From: Pseudogymnoascus verrucosus
Taxonomy: Eukaryota
DNA length: 64,000 nucleotides
NCBI GenBank assembly: GCA_001662655.1
Contig: KV460256.1
Direction: 5' to 3' (one strand)
Shown here: piece after piece, positions 1 through 12,950 of the stretch
Layout of the letters: every line of letters begins with the position of its first letter
Position numbering within the stretch: the first letter of the stretch is position 1
The notes under the pieces: model-generated
What the model was told of the DNA's origin: nothing
Seen by the model: the letters and a program-made list of their open reading frames with translations, nothing else
The model's database searches: none
Translations under genes and position numbers: made by a program

Positions 1-3000
1 TTGTTCCGCAGTTGTGGCTTCAATCAGTTGTTCGCGAACTGGTTGAGCTGTTTGTTTGGAATCCGCAACGGTGTTCGTCGCCTGCGTGTCAATGAGATAG
101 TGAGACAACCGTGGGTACAGGATCCAAGGAGGAAGGTGCTTGCGATCCGCAGGAACTCGCTCAATACCGGTACTTATGACTGGCTCGAGATTCATCTCCG
201 GAATACCAGCGAATATTGTCTCGGCAAACATCTGGTGCAGGTCTGTTTCCGAAAGCGGCATGTATGAGTACTTTTCAAACGTTTCTTGGACGACTTGAGA
301 AGCACGCTCAATGTAGCCAATACCAGCGACTCTGCCAATGTCGAAGGCACTCCCAGCCAAGCCGCGAGCTCGCCTTTGTCGGACCAGGCTAGTCATATAG
401 GAACAAGCAGCTGCATAGTTGCTTTGACCAAAAACGCCACCGACAGAGGAGGTCGAAGAGAAGCATACGAAAAAGTCGAGTGGAGTGTCGTAGAATATCT
501 CATCAAGCCAATTAGTACCATCGATCTTTGGTCTCAAGACGTCGGTCATTTGCTCGTATGACATCTGCGAGAACAAAGTATCTTTCAAAACCATCGCAGC
601 ATTGGCGACGCCCATGATCGGCGGGTAGGATGCCTGAATGTCGTTGATGACCTGAATAACATTGGCTTTGCTTGTCACGTCCATAGCGTAGACTGCGACT
701 TTGGCACCGTAAACCCTGAAAGAATCAAGCCACTTTTGGTCCACACTAGGATGACGGCTGGTCAACAGAATGTTTCGCGCACCGTTCCGAACCATCCATT
801 CACACAGCGATTGACCAATTTGACCAGTCAAACCGACCATGAGATATGACTTGTTAGCCGAGAATAAGTGTGTCGCATCAATGGTGTCGACAATGACAGG
901 AGCGGTGTCTTCGGCAGTCCAATCAACAAGGGTGGCAGGATGCAAAGGTGACTTAACATTGGTAACCTGGCTTAGGGAAAGCTGTGTTGGTTTATGGCCA
1001 GCCACGTGCTGTCCCGCGGCTGTAGCAGCATTCTTCAGAAGGGAGATGAGCTTTTCCTGGTCTTGGAAGAGACCTGAGCTTGTCGCACGCCAAAGATCTT
1101 TCGAGCCAGTGTACTGAACACCTGGCAGGGCTTGCTGGATAAGAGCAGATACTTCCTTGGACTCATCGTCAGTTGCCAGGTCCAAAAAGTTAGTGACTCC
1201 AGTGGGCAAGAGGCGTGTGATGTTGTGACCGTGCATCCAGGGGCTAAGTCTGAGCCAAGAAGGGTCGCCGTCCGCCCTAGAGGTACTGAAAATGACTTCG
1301 AATTTTCTGGCGGATGCTTGCCTCCTGAGAGCTTGCGCAAGGGAAGATCCGAGGGAACCAGTACCGGGCTCGTGAACAAGGACTTTGGCCCCTACAACAA
1401 TTGTGGAGAGCATGCGGGCCGCCAGAAGTTCCGCCGCAATGACAGACAGAAGATCGGCTGGGTCTTCCCGTGTGTCTGTAGGAATGGTGACATCTGGGTA
1501 GGATTTATTCGAGTTCGAGGAAGAAAGGGCGATGACGGCGTTGGATGTCGAAATTTCAAGCCCAACACTGACGAACAAATAGAGTCCGGCAGTGATACCC
1601 AGTGCCGACAGAGTCGAAACGCACGCCTTCATGGCGGATTTACCTTCCTTACCTTTGCTGAAGAATGGAACGTCCTTCAAGACCGGCAAACCGGAGCCTG
1701 TTTCACTGATGGAGATCACATCCGACTTCAGGCTGGCGTGTTTAGCGACTGAGCGTCTTTGAGAGTTAATGCGATCATTCCTCGTAGGGTCAGGAAGCAT
1801 GCGTGGTGCGTAGAGACTTCCATGCTGGAACATGAGCTCGGTTTCCTTGGTGTACAACAACTGTTGATCAAGGGCATCGGAAGCTTCCCACTGGCCCACG
1901 GTATGCAGACGCAGGGCCACCTCCATGATCAATGTAGAGACTCCATCCAGGCCAGAAGCAATATCAAGATGTTGTACCGAGAGGTCAGGCATCTCATGGA
2001 TAATACACCTTAGGAAACCAACCATGGCCTGCTGATAAGGTTGGTCGCGAGAATCGCGACCAACCCAGAGCAATGTCTGAGAATGCTCCAGCATAATCTT
2101 GAGAGCATCCATCTTCTCAGGTGTCAGACTCTTGAACATTGGGTCTTCGAGATCTGAGAGACAGATGACAGTTTGTCCGGGAACAACAGAGCTTTGAGCG
2201 CTGATTAGGTCTGCGAAGGACGCAACTGATTGACAGCTCAGTCCGGCAATGTCGGCGATGTCCTCGGCGATCTTAGACACTTCTAATGATTTGCCACCGA
2301 TGATCGTGAGCTGGGAGATTTGTGCGGCGTTGGATAAACGGTATAGAGGCTTCCTCAGATAACTGACACGATTGTCCACGGCCTGTGCTGAGATGACCGA
2401 GAACGGCCAGGCCAGTCCATCACGATTTGGGGTGGTTGAATCAACTCCACAGAAGCCGGATTGGCGAAGGACAGTATTCCAGGCCTCAAGAGGCATGGTA
2501 GGAGCATAAGGACGCCCATCTTCGCAGCCAGCCCACCAACCTGAAATACCGCCGAACATTGAAGTGAACGCAGCAAGCTTGTTGTTGGTGATTTCGAGCA
2601 ACATCAAGTATCCGCCAGGCTTGAGAAGACGGCGAACGTTCTTGAGTGTTTTCTCCATCGATTCGGTAGCGTGAAGGACGTTGGAAGCAATGATGAGATC
2701 ATATGTGCCTTCCTGGAAGTCCTGAGACTCAGGTGTTCTCTCGGTATCAAAGCTCTTGAAGATCAGTTTATCCTTCCAGTCGCTAAACGCCTCAGCAGCC
2801 TTCTCAAAGTAGCCACTGGAGATGTCTGTGTACGTGTAGGAGGAAAAGGTGTTACCGATGGTCTCGAGAACGGATTTGGTCGCGCCACCTGTGCCAGCAC
2901 CTACCTCAAAGATCTTGGCCCTTGGATAGACGTGCGTGAACTGGGAGACCATTCTGCCCAAGGACTCGTTGTAAACCTGAAAGCCAAGGCCATATTTGTA

Positions 3001-6000
3001 AAACTCGTCCAGCAAGCCGTCCTTCATCATATGTTCAATCATCGTTGACTGACGTCGAACGGCAGATGGAAGAGTCTCGCCGACGGTTCTCACCAAGCGG
3101 CAATCCACGGAGTCAGCATGAGCCTCGAACAGAGCATCGATCTGTGTTTGGGTGTCATTCCGCCACTCTGACTGGATATAGGGATGCTTTCCGGCATCAA
3201 CGAGAGATAAGGTCCAATTAATCGAATCCCGCAGGCGTTGAAAATGCCACTCAGACTTCGTCCAGTCTGCCTCAGTAAGTTCGTGGATCCACTTTCTGTA
3301 GTAGAAAAAGGCAAGTCTTTCACGAACAGTGCCAAGCTCCATGTCATTCATTGATGGTTTCAGTTCGCCAAGAGCCAGTTCTCCATCTGGAGCTGCGACG
3401 CCGAGCTTGTTGTATGAGAAAACAGTGCGATCGTCGGAAACAGTGGCCATCGAGAGGGGCACAACAGCAGCGCCTTGGACCTGGATCATAACGTGTTGTT
3501 CGTCGGCGCTGAGTATGTCTAGATTGCCACGAATCGAGTCGACAGCGTTCGCCTCAGGGGCAAGGAGTTGAGCTCGCACCGGAAGCTGGACTGAGTGCAA
3601 AGGTAGAGTAGCACAGAGTTCTGGATTCACGCGGATACACTCGAAGAACGTTGGAACGTGCAAAGACCACAAGCGTCCATCATCAGGCGCCGAGTATGCC
3701 AAGATAGCACTCTGGAAAGCCACGTCAAGCAGCGCGGGGTGAACCATTAACCTTTCAGATTCATCACCGTAGTCGAAGCTAGATATTAGAGCAGTAGCCT
3801 GATTGAGCTTGCGCTTCAAGTTTGTCATAGTGCGGAAAGAGTCAGAGTATTCATACCCAATGGTTGAGAGGGAAGTATAGAACCTCTCCGAGTCGGTCTC
3901 AGTCATATTCGAGTCATCCAGCTGGATTGGTGGCAGGACCGACATCGAAGGCTCACCGAAGATCACGTTTATTGTACCGCTGGCGTTGACTTCAAGGTCT
4001 CGAGCCGACTTGATAGCAGCGGAGTAAACGGAGAATTTCGCTGCCCGAGTTTTCAGATTCGATTTGCTTGGAGTAATATCCGTTAGAGTTACCAGAGTCT
4101 CAGCAGCAGGATCGGATTCGCCTCCAAAGGTGATGGCTTTTCCGATGACCAGATCTCGCAGTTCGATCAATTTGATAGGCCTGTTTCCAATGATAGACTT
4201 GGCTGCCTCAAAGGCCATGCTGGCGTAGCCAGCTGCTGGAAAGACCGGCTCACCCTGCAGCTTGTGGCCCGTCAGCCAAGGTACCTCTGAGATCTTGAGC
4301 ACATTCGACCAGCGACGCTCGAGCTCAGTATTGTCCACATGTGGTACACCGAGCAGCTCGTGGAATGGGTCCGATCGACTTCTCATCCTACGTGCGATGC
4401 GAGACTCCTGCCAGTGGGTCTTTTGGTCCCACTGGTAGGAAGGCAGACCAGTGGCGAGCTTGGCCTGCGGAGCGTCAAGGAAAAGTCGCTCGAAGGCAGC
4501 GAAGTCAACAGCCTCAGGGCCGAATTGGGTCCACATATAGCCCAGACCGTCGGCGAATGCTTCAACGTCGTTGAGACCTCTGTACATAACACCGGTGTAG
4601 GGAAGGCTGAGGCCAGTTTCGGCAATGTTCTGCTGTGTTGGGCCCTTGAGAGCAGCGTGAGGCCCAATCTCGATGGCAAGGGTCGGCTTCTCAGCTCGAG
4701 CTGCTGCCGTCACAGCTTCATAGAAGGAGACCCTGTGTACCATGTTGTCACGCCAGTATAAATCTTGAAGTAGGTTAGTCGGCTCCATGACCTCACCACC
4801 TGTCACACTGGAGTACCAGGTCACAGAGGTATCGCGGTTTCGGTTAACTTCAACTTTGCACGCACGCAAAGCCTTCATGTAGGCATCGCCGCAAGCCAGC
4901 ATATGGTGTGAGTGGTAAGCGGTGTCGACCTTAAGCAGACGTGCGAACTTCTTTTCCTCTTCGAAGACAGCCTTGATCTCAACGATAGCATCTGCATCGC
5001 CCGACAAGGTAACGCTTGCTGGCGAGTTGTGTGCAGCGACCACGACACGTCCAACAAAAGCGTCAAGCTCAATCACTTCGGTGGCATCTTCGAGAGATGT
5101 TCCAACAGCAAGCATAGCGCCTTTTTGTCCGGTCGAGCCGCCTGCAAGCTTCGCGTACAAGCCACGGTAGTAGGCAATTCGAATAGCATCCCGGGCATCG
5201 ATGAAGTTTGCAGCATATGCCGCACCAATCTCACCTGAGGAGTGGCCCACCACGGAACTTGGCATAATCCCGGCGCTGCGCAAGAGGTCGACGAGCACAA
5301 CTTGGACTGCTGTACACAGCGGCTGTGAGAAAGCGGCTTCGGTGATACAAGACGACTTGGCATCAAGGAGTAATTGATCAGCAATTTTCCAGGTTGGTCG
5401 TTCTGCAGCTGGCAAGGTTGCAAGGGCACCATCAAGCTCCTGCAATCGGCGGCGAACAAATTCGGAGGATCGTATTAGTTCAGCACCCATGGCTGGCCAT
5501 TGCGCGCCCTGACCAGTGAAAATACCAAGGACCTTTGGAGGGGTTGAACTCGATCGGACGCCAATGTTCGCGTCCGACTTATCCTCGCACTCTTTGAGTC
5601 TGAGCTTGATCTTCTGGATCAAGCTTTCGACGTCAGGGGCCGAGAATGCGATTTTATGCGAGAAAGTAGAACGACGCTGCTGGAGCGTCCAGGCAAGATC
5701 TCGCATGTTGACTGGGTTGGTTTTTAGATAGTCCAAGTGTGCCTGCAGACTGGAAACGAGCGAGGTGTTTGACGCTGCGGAGAAGACAAAAGGAGTAGCC
5801 GGTACAACCAGGGCGCTGCTAGCGTTGTCAACCTGTTCTTGGTAGCTCTCCAAGATGGCGTGAGAATTGGCGCCGCCGAAACCGAAACTATTCACACTTG
5901 CCCTTCGCACAGCATTTTTAGGCAGGGCAGGCCATGGCTTTGCATGAGTTGGAACCTGCAGGCCCTGGATGAAAGGTTCAATGCTCGGGTTAAGGCGATT

Positions 6001-7197
6001 GAACAGCAGATTTGGGGGAATGACGCCAGCTTGAAGGGATAGCGACGCTTTAAGTAGACCGGCTATTCCAGCAGCACCCTCCGTGTGACCAATGACGGTC
6101 TTGATCGACCCAACGTACAAAGGATCACCGTCAAGTCCTCCAAAGGTGGAGTGGATTGCGGCTGCTTCCTTAGGATCTCCTACCTTAGTACCGGTACCAT
6201 GTGCCTCAAAAAACTGGGGTCTGTCGGCGGGATTTGCAAGGTCAAGACCAGCTCGAGCATAGGTGCGGCGGATAAGTGCAGCTTGCGCCTCCGAGCTTGG
6301 TACAGTGATTCCCTGTGTGCGGCCATCTTGGTTGATGCCAGTCTCACGGATGATACATTCAACGTGGTCGCCATCAGCAAGAGCATCGCTCAGCTTCTTA
6401 AGAACAACGGTCGCGATACCGTCGCCGCGAGCATAGCCGTCAGCATCAGCATCCCACATGCGGGATCTGCCTGTGGGCGACAGCATGTGCATATTACTCT
6501 CGGCCACATACATTTCTAGAATCCGTTAGCTTGATCACTCGGTGTGCAGAATTAGCTCACCAGGGCCTAGAAGCAGAGTACTGCCACATGCAATAGCAAC
6601 TCTCGAGTCGTTAGACCGTAGTGCTTGAACAGCATTATGCACAGCGATCATACTCGAAGAGCATGCTGTGTCGATAGTCATAGACGGTCCACGCCAATCG
6701 AAAAAGTAAGAGATTCGGTTTGAAAGAATTGCGCGCGATGTGCCAGTCGCAAAGTATGTTGGTAGACTGTTGGCATCTCTGAGAAGGCTGGTTTCATGGT
6801 CCCCTCCCATAACACCAACATAGACGGCAGTGTCAGAGCCACGTAAAGACTGGATGGTGTGGCCGCCAGCTTCAAGGGCCTCGTAGACAGTTTCCAGCAA
6901 GAGACGCTGCTGAGGATCCATACACTCAGCCTCGCCTGCACTAATGCCAAAGAAGTTGGCATCAAACTTGGTAAGATTCTCTTCCAGGGTGTAGGAGTGT
7001 AGAACATTGGACGTGCCATGGTGATCCCCGTCTCTGTGGTACCAACCTCGCACATCAAAACGTTCTTTAGGTATCTCCGTCAAGATATCACGTGGACTTT
7101 CCAGCAGCTGCCAGAGAGCAGCAGGAGAATTGGCAGCACCGGGGAAACGGCAACCGCTGCCGACAATAGCGATGGGCTCAGATTGTTGATAATCCAT
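1..7197 (-). CDS. Highly reducing iterative type I PKS of the LovB / PKS-NRPS hybrid clade (KS-AT-DH-cMT-pseudoER-KR; ACP and anything after it lie beyond the left edge); 3'-partial
   Basis: Starts [20 protein letters not shown] at 7197. A 45-nt intron (6516-6560, GT..GCTAAC..AG) is followed by a frame I read as open to position 1. Motifs: [63 protein letters not shown]; c[10 protein letters not shown]; degenerate ER LVHEPG; KR GLTGQIG and GQSNY. Confidence 0.95.
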
Positions 7198-7444
7198 ATT
7201 GTACAAAGATGAATGACAGAATATGCGAGATACAGGGAATGACAAGTTCGACGATATTGGAACCAAATGCGAGGACCCAAGTAGCTACCACGTCCTTCTT
7301 AATAAGTGTATACAATTTTGATGGAGTGAGAGATATCATGGAGCAAGATACCCTTATTTTAGAAAAGCGAATCCTTCATTTTCTATTGGCTGTTAAACAT
7401 CCGAAGCGGCAAGAAAGTCATTACAAGCTACTCTACTCAGCTGA

Positions 7445-8536
7445 TTAAAGAACCGAAGGCGTCTGTAACCTTGGAGAAAGATGGATTTCCAACTCTTGGA
7501 GGTCGTTCCATAGCTTGTGTTCAAGCTGACTGATTTCGTGAGATCCTGTGTAGGTAGTTGGCTGAGAGCCCGACCGTTCCGCTGTCAGACCATATGCACC
7601 ATAGCCACGCCGTACGTGTTCCAGCAGATGCTTAACAAGGTTATAGATGACCACGAGGCGAAGTCGGGCGAAGGAGAAGGGGTCGCCTTGATGAAAATCT
7701 CGTGAGTTCGACGCCTCATATGACATAAGCCTGACCAGAATCGTATGCACATGGAGGAGTTGGACATAACACGCAGAGAGAAGATGCCCCAGGGCAGCCG
7801 GTAAAACCTCATCATTCGGAGAGTCGAAGAGCCGAAGCCGATACATGACCAGGAGCAAGCTCTTTGATGCGACACAAGCTTCCGTGTATATCTCGTATCC
7901 GTCAAGGCTTTGTAGGGTTCCTAGTAAAGTCGCCAAGGAATTGAAGGCGTTCGTATGAGAGACGAGCTGGGGCTGGACCTCCAGGCTGGCGGTCTCGTTG
8001 CGACACGTGGTGTGAAGCGTATAGAGGCTGCAACTTAGCGCTGCCAGCTGCTGCATGGAATTTGTGAAAATGTCATCGTGAGATAGCTCAGCAGATGAGG
8101 TGCTTGGGGTGTATGTTGTTTCCATGGCAAGATCAGCGAATGATCCCCTGTCAGATGCAGTCCCTAACAAGGACCATGGATCCAACTGAAACCAGGTCCC
8201 TGCCAGATGGCTAAACTCTTGAGACACCAGTGCTGATCGGAGCTCGTCAGATATCGTTTCCTGGTTGTCGATTGGTTCCGGGGTAGCCTGCGAGGGCTGA
8301 GGCAGAAGAGGTACCTCCTTCGGCGTTGCATAGCTCTTGCTGGTCGACTTCCTGCTTCCGCTTGGCCGTCCCTTTGGCAATGGCGCGCTATAGACACATT
8401 GTATCCCCAGATATCGGCATCTGGCACAGCTGCTCAAATCGTCTGAATCCGGTCGAGGGCATCTGATTTTCTGAAGACGACAGCGATCGCATGAGGCTCG
8501 TTTGGCCGGGGTCGGTCTGGTTGAACTGCTTTCCAT
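7445..8536 (-). CDS. Zn(II)2Cys6 transcription factor, probable cluster-specific regulator
   Basis: 363-aa ORF with N-terminal CDRCRLQKIRC-x9-CARC-x6-C binuclear cluster, lying between the PKS and the trans-ER. Confidence 0.9.
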   Translation of the reverse strand: MESSSTRPTPAKRASCDRCRLQKIRCPRPDSDDLSSCARCRYLGIQCVYSAPLPKGRPSGSRKSTSKSYATPKEVPLLPQPSQATPEPIDNQETISDELRSALVSQEFSHLAGTWFQLDPWSLLGTASDRGSFADLAMETTYTPSTSSAELSHDDIFTNSMQQLAALSCSLYTLHTTCRNETASLEVQPQLVSHTNAFNSLATLLGTLQSLDGYEIYTEACVASKSLLLVMYRLRLFDSPNDEVLPAALGHLLSACYVQLLHVHTILVRLMSYEASNSRDFHQGDPFSFARLRLVVIYNLVKHLLEHVRRGYGAYGLTAERSGSQPTTYTGSHEISQLEHKLWNDLQELEIHLSPRLQTPSVL

Positions 8537-8705
8537 TTTCGTGGTTGAAGAGCAGGTGTCATGAGCAGAGCCATGTGACAGAATAGTCGGTATGTGAATG
8601 GTAATTTATCTACTATCGTATACATAATCAGCCAACGGATTGTACCGTTAGCAACGCAGGATCGCGGTTCTGTTCCATGAGGGGTTGCATCGTCAAATGG
8701 GTGTT

Positions 8706-8881
8706 GGTGGCGTAGATGTTGGTCTAGATCCAGGTGTTGATAAGTCGAAGGATCAAGCATAATTTGCGAACAAGCTGACAAGAGTAGCTACTAAGCGGTG
8801 GTGCAGATATTGGTCTAAATATAGGTGTTAATAAGTCGAAGATCTGGCATAATTTGCGAACAAGCTGGCAAGAGTAGCTAC
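8706..8881. repeat. Two-copy imperfect direct repeat, unit about 90 bp
   Basis: GGTGG..AGAT(G/A)TTGGTCTA..AGGTGTT(G/A)ATAAGTCGAAG..GCATAATTTGCGAACAAGCTG(A/G)CAAGAGTAGCTAC at 8706-8791 and 8797-8881. Confidence 0.9.
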
Positions 8882-8887
8882 AGATAA

Positions 8888-8947
8888 CCCTCCATGTGTC
8901 CGAGATGAGATCCTTTTATAAGGATCTCATCTCGGGCACATGGAGGG
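8888..8947. repeat. Near-perfect inverted repeat (28-bp arms, 4-nt loop)
   Basis: CCCTCCATGTGTCCGAGATGAGATCCTT-ttat-AAGGATCTCATCTCGGGCACATGGAGGG; one T:G mismatch. Confidence 0.95.
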
Positions 8948-9363
8948 ATTGATATTAACAGCTTGGGGTCTCACACCAGATTTAGGTGTTGAGTCCAAAC
9001 CTCGTATGAAACACATGCTATAATATGGCACAGCGAGCCTGATAGTACAGAGACTTGCGGCATACTGATGTGTGGAGGTTGTGCGGAAGAGGTCACAAAT
9101 CACCTATATGGCACGCCATCCTATCGAGTGCTACAGACGACAGCACACACTTATCTAGCTAGGAACGTCCGTAGAGCTCCATTTCTAATTCATCCTTTTA
9201 CCCATGTATCATCCCTGCCACATCCACATATACCGCACTGCAGTAAGGATAAGTTCTCATGCGAAGTATCTCAGCCGAGTATCGACTTTATTTAGGGCTT
9301 ATTACATGCAGCAACATCGGAAAATGCGGGCATTCTATCTAGCTGGGTTTCTCGACATGGGTA

Positions 9364-10549
9364 TCAGTCGACGCGGACAACTAGCTTCTGTCCTGAGACC
9401 GCCCCAGTACGAATTATGTCCACACCCTGGATGACACCGGCCCAGCTGTCGGCTAGGACTCTGATTGGGTGAGATTTGATGCGACCGTTGTCCAGCAATG
9501 TTTGTGTAGCCGCAAAGATCTTGGCGCTCAGGGTCCGATCTACAGCCGATGCTTCCCGCGCGTACTCACCATCCAATGCGACGCGACCGCCGAACATGGT
9601 TAGGACCATCAGCCACGAGGCGCGGACCGTTGGGCGCGTAGCTGCCACCGCTTGGCGGACGGGCTCGACCCCGCAATACCGCCCGCCAGCCCTGCCAATT
9701 GCGCCATAGCACAGCTGGGCACTGTCTGACTCAGACACGCAGTCCAGCGCGTACGCCAGGCCATTGCGTGTGTAAGCGCGGATCTCTTTGGCGCAGTCCG
9801 GACTGCGGTAATTAAACGCCTTTTCGGCTCCAAATTCGAGGACCAGTGTGAAATTCGACGGCGAGCAAGTTGCAATTGGCCGTAATCCTGCCCTACAGAG
9901 TCCTGTCATCAGCGAGCCGTTTTCAGTCTGACGAAACCAAACGCGAACGCTCAAGAGCTTACAGCTTGAGAAGTTGAATGGCCCTGGTGCCAGTGGCGGT
10001 GCTGCCTCCAGATACAAGGACCCACGCTGCATTTGATGTTACATCCGAATCCGGCCCGGCCCTGTCGATCAGATCCTCGATACTTACGGGGATCTCTAAT
10101 TCGCGAAACAAGGCAAGTCCCGCGGTGGCCAAGCCGATGCCAAGAGTGGATGCCTCCTCGAAAGTCATCGTGTCAGGAATCCTGAGGAGCAGCTCAGCGG
10201 TCGCTCCAACATACTGTGCAAAGGCACCGACACGGGGCTCCAGGGAGTTGTTGCCATGAACGGCCCCAGCAACCCTGTCTCCGATGGAAAGATGATGTGG
10301 GGCGTCTGAGCCAAGTGCGACAACGACCCCGGCGAAGTCGTATCCATGAATAGCGCCAACTGCTGGACTGTAATCGAGCATCTTGGCGTCGACGGGATTA
10401 ATAGCGACAGCAACAGTGCGAACAAGGGCCATATCAGGGGCCACATGAGGCAGAGGCCAATCTTGGTGCAGAGAAAGCTGGCCGGGGCCGGCAACCACTA
10501 AGGCATTCTGGCGCTGTGGGAGGGCAAACGTAGAGGTGACCGAAGACAT
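9364..10549 (-). CDS. Trans-acting enoyl reductase (LovC-like, MDR superfamily)
   Basis: ATG at 10549 (MSSVTSTFALPQRQNAL). Motifs VAINPVDAKM, GYDFAG, GAFAQY, VSGGSTATG, SGQKLVV. A 70-nt intron (9893-9962) joins the two ORF-track fragments in frame. Confidence 0.93.
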
Positions 10550-10589
10550 TACGTAAGATTGGATGCAGAACACTGGCTTCGCTATTCCT

Positions 10590-10693
10590 GGGACTGTTAG
10601 GACTGTTAGGACTGAAGTTGTCTGAAGTTGTCTAAAATTGTCTGAAGTTGTCTGAAGTTGTCTGGAGTTGTCTCTGAAGTTGTCTGAAGTTGT
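10590..10693. repeat. Compound minisatellite: GGACTGTTA x~2.5, then GAAGTTGTCT x~8
   Basis: Tandem 9-mer and 10-mer units directly visible, 40-145 bp upstream of the trans-ER start. Confidence 0.9.
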
Positions 10694-11137
10694 CCCCGTG
10701 TTCTTTGGCTGGAAGTTTCTCTCGTATCTTATCTGCATAATAGGAATCGCCAGGGTGCGACAGAATGGAGCCCAATATATAATAAGCCTTAGGTCACATC
10801 GTCGTGAGGAAGTGGCACTGCTGCTGCACTGTTGTTGCATGCAGCTGATGCTCGAAGTCGCCGGTCATCATCAGCGGAGCTCCTCATCTGAATGGCTGAA
10901 AATCGCCGAACGTTAGAGAGACCAAGGAAACCCATAGCGCGAGATCAATTTATGTAGACAGTATAATCTAGAATGACAATTTATCTCCAACCGCATATCC
11001 AGATCAAATGGTCTCTCCTATCGCCTTTCCAACTCGATCAAACATCAGAAAAGTGTCGCTTTGCTGCTGTCACGTGAATCACGTGATAATCTTCTCCTTC
11101 CCCGTTATTACCCCAAACTCTATTCCGGCGCTTTGAC

Positions 11138-12950
11138 ATGGCTCCAGCTGTGTCGAGCAACTCAGAACACGAGAGGACGATTCAACAACCAGAAACTCCA
11201 GAAACTCGGTCTGAAAATGCGGAAAGTCAATCACAAGATGATGGCGGGGACTACACGCCACGCAGAAACATGATCCCCATCATGATTGCCCTCTGCGTCG
11301 CGTCGTTCCTTGCTATTCTTGACATCTCCTTCGTCACAACCGCCTTGCCGACAATTGCTGCGTACTTCAAGGCTTCTCAAATCAGCTACTCATGGGTTGG
11401 TTCGTCTTACCTTGTAACCCAGTCCGCTTTGGCTCCGCTTTGGGGCAAGGTGAGCGACATTTTTGGACGCAAGCCAATTGTGTTACTGGCAACGTTCGTC
11501 TTTTTCATTGGGAGCTTGATTTGTGCCGTGGCAAATAGCATTGCCGTGCTTATTGCTGGGCGTGCCATTCAAGGTGCTGGAGCCGGCGGCGTGCTGCTCA
11601 TCGTGACGATTCTAATAGGAGATCTCGTCAGTCCACGGTAAGTGACATTAGGAATTTCCAGCTTTGAAGTTACTATATGCCTCCAAAGACTGCTCCCTAG
11701 AATGCGCTGACCCACTTCCCAGACAGCGCGGACTATATTTTGGCATTCTCGGTGGGGTATATGCCATCGCAATATCTTCCGGTCCTCTCATCGGAGGAGC
11801 ACTTGCGGAAAATATCGGCTGGAGATGGTGCTTCTACATCAACCTACCGTTCCAGGCCATCGCTTTTGCCCTCCTGGTCTTTTTCCTTCATGTTCACGAT
11901 CCCCGTACCGAAATTATCAAAGGTTTAATGGCTGTTGATTGGCTGGGATCGATTGCTATTACAGGCTCGGTCCTTATGCTTCTCCTGGGCCTTCAGTATG
12001 GCGGTGAGGTGTATCCTTGGAGCTCTGCCATTGTCGTGTGTTTGATACTTTTCGGTGTGTTGGTTTGTGGTATCTTTGTTGGCATCGAGTGGAAGCTGGC
12101 CCGTTATCCAGTGCTCCCTCTACGACTGTTCACGACTCGCCCTGTCATCGCCCTATTCGTCGTGGATCTCACGCACGGGTTTCTTTTGTACGGCACGGCC
12201 TACTTTGTCCCATTCTACTTCCAGGTAGTTGTTGGAGCATCACCAATTGACTCGGCGGTCTGGTCCCTTCCTCTCGCCATTCCCCTGTCTCTCTTCACCA
12301 TTGGGACAGGTCTTTATATGCGGAAGACGGGAAAGTACTTATACATGATCATTGCAGGCATGGCTATCTCCACTCTGGGCACCGGTCTGTTGATCGATTT
12401 CGGTGCAGAAATCAATTGGCCAAAGATCATCATCTATCAACTGATTATCGCCGTCGGCCTGGGTCCCAACTTTCAGGCACCGACCATTGCCCTGCAAGCA
12501 AGGTTTCCACCCGCCGACGCGGGCGTCGCCGTCTCCGCGGCCAGTGCAATCCGCGCACTCAGCGCCGCCTTCAGCATCGTCCTGGGCGGCGTCATTCTTG
12601 AGAATCGACTCTCGGCAAAAAGCGGTCGTCTCATTGCTTCTGGAGTCAGCCCTGCGATGGCGGAAGCAATTGCACGGAATGGCGCAGCTGGATCTGTGGA
12701 GCTCGTTGCACAGCTCACTCCGGCCCAGCAAAATATTTTCAGGTTGGCTGTAAAGGACAGTCTTGCCGATATGTGGATCTTCTTCGTCGTTCTTTCCGGA
12801 ATCGGACTCATTGCATCTTTCCTCGTTGGAAGCGAGGAACTTTCTGATGAGCATGTTGAACACAAGACGGGTTTGGGAGTGGAAGAGGCAAATCGATTAG
12901 TGCATGAAAAGCCGCGGGTCACTGAGCCAGAACTGGCTGAGATGACTTGA
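11138..12950 (+). CDS. MFS drug:H+ antiporter (DHA2, 14-TMS type efflux pump)
   Basis: Motifs LDISFVTTALPTI, WGKVSDIFGRK, GRAIQGAGAGG, GPLIGG, WRWCFYINLP. Intron 11638-11722 joins the two ORFs (..SPR|QRG..). Confidence 0.93.

Noticed and set aside
1..6519. Numerous plus-strand and short alternative-frame ORFs in the ORF track
   Set aside because: They are antisense or out-of-frame shadows of the minus-strand PKS, which the track omits apparently because it has no stop inside the window.
10590..10693. Possible CRISPR-like array
   Set aside because: Contiguous 9-10-bp units with no spacers, no cas genes and a eukaryotic context.
10550..10840. N-terminal extension of ORF 9959-10840 with TTSDNFRQLQ repeats
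   Set aside because: It is the translated minisatellite; enoyl-reductase similarity begins only after the ATG at 10549.
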